Below, piece after piece: positions 59,985 through 64,000 of a stretch of DNA of 64,000 bases. Each line of letters starts with the position of its first letter. The stretch's first letter is position 1. Source of the stretch: a virus (taxonomy: Duplodnaviria; Caudoviricetes); IMG/VR virus record IMGVR_UViG_3300038679_000357, positions 96,001 to 160,000 of that record; one strand, written 5' to 3'. The notes under the pieces were generated by a model that was not told the origin of the DNA, did no database searches, and saw only the letters and a program-made list of their open reading frames with translations. A program made the position numbers and the translations under genes.

Positions 59985-60301
59985 TCTCCTATGGTACTCA
60001 ACATGTCAATCATCTTTTTCGTGCCACCTGACTTCACTACCTTTTCGGAGCTAGATAAATCTCCAGAAATTTCCGCATCCTTGGCGGCGGTAGATTGTCC
60101 AAATGCCTTTGCGACTACAGCTAAGGAATCTATATCTTTTTCCTCGACATGACCACCTCCAAAAACGGAGGGAATCATTTCTGAGGAGCGATTAACGACG
60201 GACGATCGGAAAGCCTCCAAAAGAAGCCTTCTAAACATATCCGACGAATACAATTCCTCTATCGCGTATTGTACAACCTTCTTAACCAACCACTTTAACA
60301 T
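59981..60301 (-). CDS. Hypothetical protein with an amphipathic N-terminus, 106 aa
   Basis: ATGA coupling to the actin gene. Confidence 0.65.
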   Translation of the reverse strand: MLKWLVKKVVQYAIEELYSSDMFRRLLLEAFRSSVVNRSSEMIPSVFGGGHVEEKDIDSLAVVAKAFGQSTAAKDAEISGDLSSSEKVVKSGGTKKMIDMLSTIGE

Positions 60302-60558
60302 TTTCTTCTCTCGATGAATTGTTCTTCGAAAACACGACTCATATCAAGATCTTTGAGTGGGTCATTTGACAGTATCCTGGAAATATTGATCATGGCTATT
60401 TTTGTCATGGCTATCCGAATATAGAAAAGATCTCGCTCAGTGAAGCCGGAAACGTCAAAACCACTCGGGTGATCCATGATAAGTCTTTCTATTCTTTCAT
60501 AGACAGAATCCGAGCTGAATTTTGCCCCCACCCTTTTACCGTCCACAAAAAGGGACAA
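60295..60558 (-). CDS. Hypothetical protein, 87 aa
   Basis: TTG start next to the upstream stop; overlaps the downstream start. Confidence 0.55.
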   Translation of the reverse strand: MSLFVDGKRVGAKFSSDSVYERIERLIMDHPSGFDVSGFTERDLFYIRIAMTKIAMINISRILSNDPLKDLDMSRVFEEQFIERRKC

Positions 60559-60559
60559 A

Positions 60560-60772
60560 TCAACCTCTCATTATTCCAATTTGAGGAAGAGCAGATCTTT
60601 TGGCTGCTTCCTTATCGACTTTATCATTTCGAACTTGCATGACATTATGATGCTTACACTTTGGACAAACATACAAGATTCTCGACTCAAGAAAATCTAT
60701 TTCACACGCCACGGTGTCTTCTGACGCCATGCTAGGGAATCCGCATTTACCGCATTTCAAAGAAAGAATCAT
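60560..60772 (-). CDS. Zn-ribbon protein, 70 aa
   Basis: CGKC...CPKC. Confidence 0.75.
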   Translation of the reverse strand: MILSLKCGKCGFPSMASEDTVACEIDFLESRILYVCPKCKHHNVMQVRNDKVDKEAAKRSALPQIGIMRG

Positions 60773-62862
60773 GAAGCGACTCCGTCAGGAGCATTAGCTT
60801 CAGGAGAAGAGCTATTTTCTGCAGGTGCTACTGCAATATTTGGAGAATTTGTTGGTGGACGAATAATATTTGTTCTCGCCGGTCTATTTTGAGGGTTACG
60901 TAAATGCCTTACGTCAGTAATCTTTGTAGGATCATATACAATAGCTCCTTGCAAATAATCAAAAGATTCGCCTTCCTTACTTTTTAGGAAAGATAGATTA
61001 TCTTTTTCAATGTTAATTTTCCATCCATCTATTACAGTTTCATTATATCTACTAAGTAGATCTTTATATCCATTAATACGACTGGAAAAATCTGAATCGG
61101 TCTCGTTGTCATTTTTTTCTACAGGCAAATTAACGAAGCCACCTTTTTTTCCTTGGTTTTTTAATCTGTCAATAATCGCCTTAATTTTGTTGTATTCGTC
61201 AGTCCCTATAAAAGTACCAAAAGGAAGATTAGAGGTATCGGAAACTTGAGTGGACGGATTAGCGTCTGGGGGTGCAGCCACTTGGGGTGCGACAGGCACA
61301 GGAGTAGATGCAGTAGGGGGAGTTGTGGTAGCGGAGGTGGCGGGAGTCTGAGAAGACTCAGAATCGCTATCATCTAGCTTTATTTTCTCTTCTGCCTTCG
61401 TAATCGCCGCACTCAAAATATCATTTGGATCAATATCCCCTGCAACAAGTTTCTTGGCGATATCATCTCGACCCATCATTTTTAATCCATTCGTCTTTAC
61501 CTCAGTCCAGAAACTAGAAGACGATGCATTATCGTCTATCATATTGGCAACAATCGAGGCTGACCAGCGAAGTGTTTTCAACACGGTATTGAGCATTTCG
61601 TACAAAGCCTGATTGCTAGATACTTCTGGTCGATCAATGTATTTTGACACACCGCGAAACACACTTGCAATGTGCTTAGCAATCTGTTGAACATGTACCA
61701 TGAAATTGTCGTTATATTTCTTTATAGTATCTATAGGAGTAGTCGCAGTCGACGTAGTAGGCGTAGAAGCCATTTCAGAAGTATCAGCAGACTCTGCCGC
61801 CAACACTTTACGGATACGATATATAGAAGCGACAACCCTATTTTCAGTCTTTTCCCTACCGCTTACCTGACGCACGTATTTCATCACGGGCTTGAAAATA
61901 CTATCTGAGAAATATTTCTTTGAGTTTCCCTGACTCTTAATTTCCTCTATGGTTTGGTTAACCAAATAACGACCATCCTCCCTGTAAAAATCATCAATTC
62001 TCTTTTCATCAAAGAGAATGGTTTCAGGTACTTCGTCATATTTTGCAATATCGTCTATAGACTCCTTATACACGCAATAAAATTTTAAGACATTGTAAAT
62101 ATCTTGAATTGAGTTTGACGGATAAAATGCCCTTCCTTCTCCAGGAACAATAGCTTCCTGTAGAGAATTTACCGACTTTACTAAATCCTTGTAAGTTAAC
62201 GGAGAAATCCACTCATCGTTGGCTTTTTTGGCTATTTCTGAGATAGTCTCATTAAACCTCTCCGACACTCTCGCCGTAACAGCCGGATCTTCCTTCTCTT
62301 CAACACTCTCTTCAACGGCAGCTTCGCTAGAATCCGCTCCTTGAGGCTGACTTATAGCTGGAGTAGATGATTGCCCTGGAGATTGAGCTGGAGACGCTGC
62401 TGGTGGAGTTGATTGCGGTTGAGTTGGTGTAGTTGATGCGGTAGGCTGTCCGGCAGGTGGTGTCGGAACCGCAGACGAAGATGGGGCATTAACTTGCTGT
62501 CCGCCAAGACTCGCTCCAGGAGTCGAAAAGGACTTCAGTGTTTTTTTACCAATTCCAGTTGTCTTTGCTTCCGCCCATCTAACTGGATCGTTCGCGATCA
62601 ATAAATCAGCAATAGAACCAAGATACTGAAGGGATTTGGCGATATCCTCATACTTCGAAATAAGATTCCCAACATCAGCATCTCGCAACCCACCCGCTGA
62701 CAAGGCTGCATCAATTGCCTTTTTTTCCGCCGTGAGTCCAGAAGCAGCTTTCTCTATTTCTTCGTATAGAATCTTTCCATATCCACGAAGAATATCCATT
62801 GCCTTATCAACATCAATGCGGTCTGTATTTGCATTATCTAAAGCAAGCTTCCAGATCTTCAT
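60769..62862 (-). CDS. Hypothetical protein with Pro/Ser/Thr-rich linkers, 697 aa
   Basis: GGAGG RBS; helical domains separated by three low-complexity PST tracts. Confidence 0.7.
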   Translation of the reverse strand: MKIWKLALDNANTDRIDVDKAMDILRGYGKILYEEIEKAASGLTAEKKAIDAALSAGGLRDADVGNLISKYEDIAKSLQYLGSIADLLIANDPVRWAEAKTTGIGKKTLKSFSTPGASLGGQQVNAPSSSAVPTPPAGQPTASTTPTQPQSTPPAASPAQSPGQSSTPAISQPQGADSSEAAVEESVEEKEDPAVTARVSERFNETISEIAKKANDEWISPLTYKDLVKSVNSLQEAIVPGEGRAFYPSNSIQDIYNVLKFYCVYKESIDDIAKYDEVPETILFDEKRIDDFYREDGRYLVNQTIEEIKSQGNSKKYFSDSIFKPVMKYVRQVSGREKTENRVVASIYRIRKVLAAESADTSEMASTPTTSTATTPIDTIKKYNDNFMVHVQQIAKHIASVFRGVSKYIDRPEVSSNQALYEMLNTVLKTLRWSASIVANMIDDNASSSSFWTEVKTNGLKMMGRDDIAKKLVAGDIDPNDILSAAITKAEEKIKLDDSDSESSQTPATSATTTPPTASTPVPVAPQVAAPPDANPSTQVSDTSNLPFGTFIGTDEYNKIKAIIDRLKNQGKKGGFVNLPVEKNDNETDSDFSSRINGYKDLLSRYNETVIDGWKINIEKDNLSFLKSKEGESFDYLQGAIVYDPTKITDVRHLRNPQNRPARTNIIRPPTNSPNIAVAPAENSSSPEANAPDGVAS

Positions 62863-62883
62863 AGCAGGAATCCTCCAGGTTAG

Positions 62884-63228
62884 TTATACCTTAGCTGGAG
62901 TAATAACTGGCTGATCAACTGCCGGAGAAGTAACAACTTCAGGTGCTTTCTTCGTATGAACCTGTGTTACCTTTTCTTTAGCAATGTCTAGCATGCCTTG
63001 CTGCACCTTTACGAGTCCGTCGAGGTACATATTCACCTTGTCGGTAAATTCATCATTTGACGCCATTGCATATTCACCAAGAGAAACGGACGCTTCAGAC
63101 AAGAGTGTAACGCACTTAAATAAGTCTCCAAGAGTCGCTTCTTTCTTCGGTTCAGAAGTTTTCACCTTACTGAGAGCGAGAACATTGAATGACGCACCCT
63201 GCATAATGTTATTCCCATTCTTTTCCAT
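62884..63228 (-). CDS. Hypothetical protein, ~114 aa
   Basis: ATG at 63228 preferred over TTG at 63234. Confidence 0.65.
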   Translation of the reverse strand: MEKNGNNIMQGASFNVLALSKVKTSEPKKEATLGDLFKCVTLLSEASVSLGEYAMASNDEFTDKVNMYLDGLVKVQQGMLDIAKEKVTQVHTKKAPEVVTSPAVDQPVITPAKV

Positions 63229-63230
63229 AT

Positions 63231-63695
63231 TCAAATCACTCCAAGTAGATTTTGATCAGTTGTTATTTTAGACGATAACCCGAAAACGTCACGGTTTCCG
63301 GTGTAAACGCTCATGTCGTTATACCATTTCTGCAAGGCGGATAGTCCTTCCTCTGAGCCAGTTTCAACAACCGCCCAAATTCCGTCTTCTATGTATGATT
63401 TTACAACGTTTACAAATGGCTTTAAGCGGCTATCGATAGACAGATCTACTATTAATCTTCCAAGTGGCGTACCGCTGGCATCCATCATGTATTTCATTGC
63501 ATCTTTAGGTATGGCATCCATTGGTCTCATGATGCTCTCAAGGATTACTTGGTTAACGTGCTTGCCATCAAAAACCTTAGCTTGCTGTTCTTCATCTGGA
63601 TCTGCATATGTCGTACCGGTAGAAACGCCTTCGTCTCCGGCTGGATTAACTCCTTCCGGAATAGATGACTGAGCGTATCTGTCTAACCAATCCAT
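63231..63695 (-). CDS. Hypothetical protein, 154 aa
   Basis: Clean ORF starting MDWLDRYAQ. Confidence 0.7.
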   Translation of the reverse strand: MDWLDRYAQSSIPEGVNPAGDEGVSTGTTYADPDEEQQAKVFDGKHVNQVILESIMRPMDAIPKDAMKYMMDASGTPLGRLIVDLSIDSRLKPFVNVVKSYIEDGIWAVVETGSEEGLSALQKWYNDMSVYTGNRDVFGLSSKITTDQNLLGVI

Positions 63696-63704
63696 GAATT
63701 ATTC

Positions 63705-63720
63705 CCGTTGTATAATCAAA
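63705..63720 (+). promoter_or_regulatory. Putative phage promoter CCGTTGTATAATCAAA facing the HNH gene
   Basis: Identical to the 50765..50780 (-) copy; lies in a divergent intergenic gap. Confidence 0.65.
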
Positions 63721-63753
63721 CAAAATTACCTCAAAACAAACAAAAAATCCTGC

Positions 63754-64000
63754 ATGTCCAAAAAAGCAGTCAGAAAATCCATGAGATCAGGGGTGAAAAA
63801 ATGCCCCATCAGCGGCTATGTCGGTCCGCTCATAGAGCACCATATACATGGTCGTGAAATAAATGATGCAGAAAGCGACTGGAACAAAGCATGGATTTCC
63901 CCAAATGTACACGATATGATCCATCAAGGTGTGATCATAATCGAAGGATGGTTTATGACCTCAGAAGGAAGAACCCTCATTTGGAGATGGAACGGAGACG
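63754..64000 (+). CDS. HNH endonuclease-like protein, partial; absent from the ORF track
   Basis: Manual translation MSKKAVRK...CPIS...LIEHHIHGR...N...SPNVHDMIH; open to the window end. Confidence 0.7.
   Translation, partial: MSKKAVRKSMRSGVKKCPISGYVGPLIEHHIHGREINDAESDWNKAWISPNVHDMIHQGVIIIEGWFMTSEGRTLIWRWNGD

Noticed and set aside
60268-60277. Intragenic GTTGTACAAT as the actin promoter
   Set aside because: It lies in coding sequence (VVQ codons) ~280 nt upstream of the actin start and is compatible with chance, so it is not listed as a feature.
130-63672. Numerous short plus-strand and nested ORFs in the track
   Set aside because: They are antisense or alternate-frame shadows of long minus-strand genes, with no recognisable motifs.
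1-64000. Stop-codon reassignment (TAG or TGA), as in some jumbo phages
   Set aside because: Multi-kb ORFs are intact in code 11, and TAG and TGA end many genes right before the next start, usually in another frame. At 57051 the TAG is followed in frame by TAA.
1-64000. CRISPR arrays, tRNA/rRNA genes, IS elements
   Set aside because: Intergenic gaps are nearly all under 120 nt, and I saw no spaced direct repeats, cloverleaf motifs or transposase motifs. This was by eye; tRNAscan was not run.

Overview
This window is the virion morphogenesis region of a large (jumbo-type) tailed dsDNA bacteriophage using genetic code 11. Almost every gene is on the minus strand, so gene order reads from 64 kb down to 1. 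The order is: Ser/Thr/Pro-rich unknown genes; a small operon ending in an MreB-like actin ATPase; a Mu gp36-like head-tail adaptor and a putative tail terminator; three glycosyltransferases; a tail tube protein with a strong terminator; a self-contained membrane-protein 'moron'; a tail assembly chaperone with a -1 frameshift plus a paralog; tape measure; baseplate hub; about 30 kb of giant mosaic distal-tail/fibre genes (1396, 1139, 335, 458, 519, 1096, 2349, 179 and 2394 aa); two more glycosyltransferases; a tandem metallophosphoesterase; and a partial unknown ORF. No tail sheath gene lies near the tube gene, which suggests a non-contractile tail. The most interesting observations are: a vWA domain split by a ~1,470-aa insert; five glycosyltransferases co-located with poly-Ser virion proteins (possible virion glycosylation system); single-chain triple-HxH metal modules; a phage actin next to the neck genes; and a hairpin at 50.75 kb that may act as terminator and RBS occluder while containing a phage-specific promoter. 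All assignments are from motif recognition by eye. No database search or computation was run.
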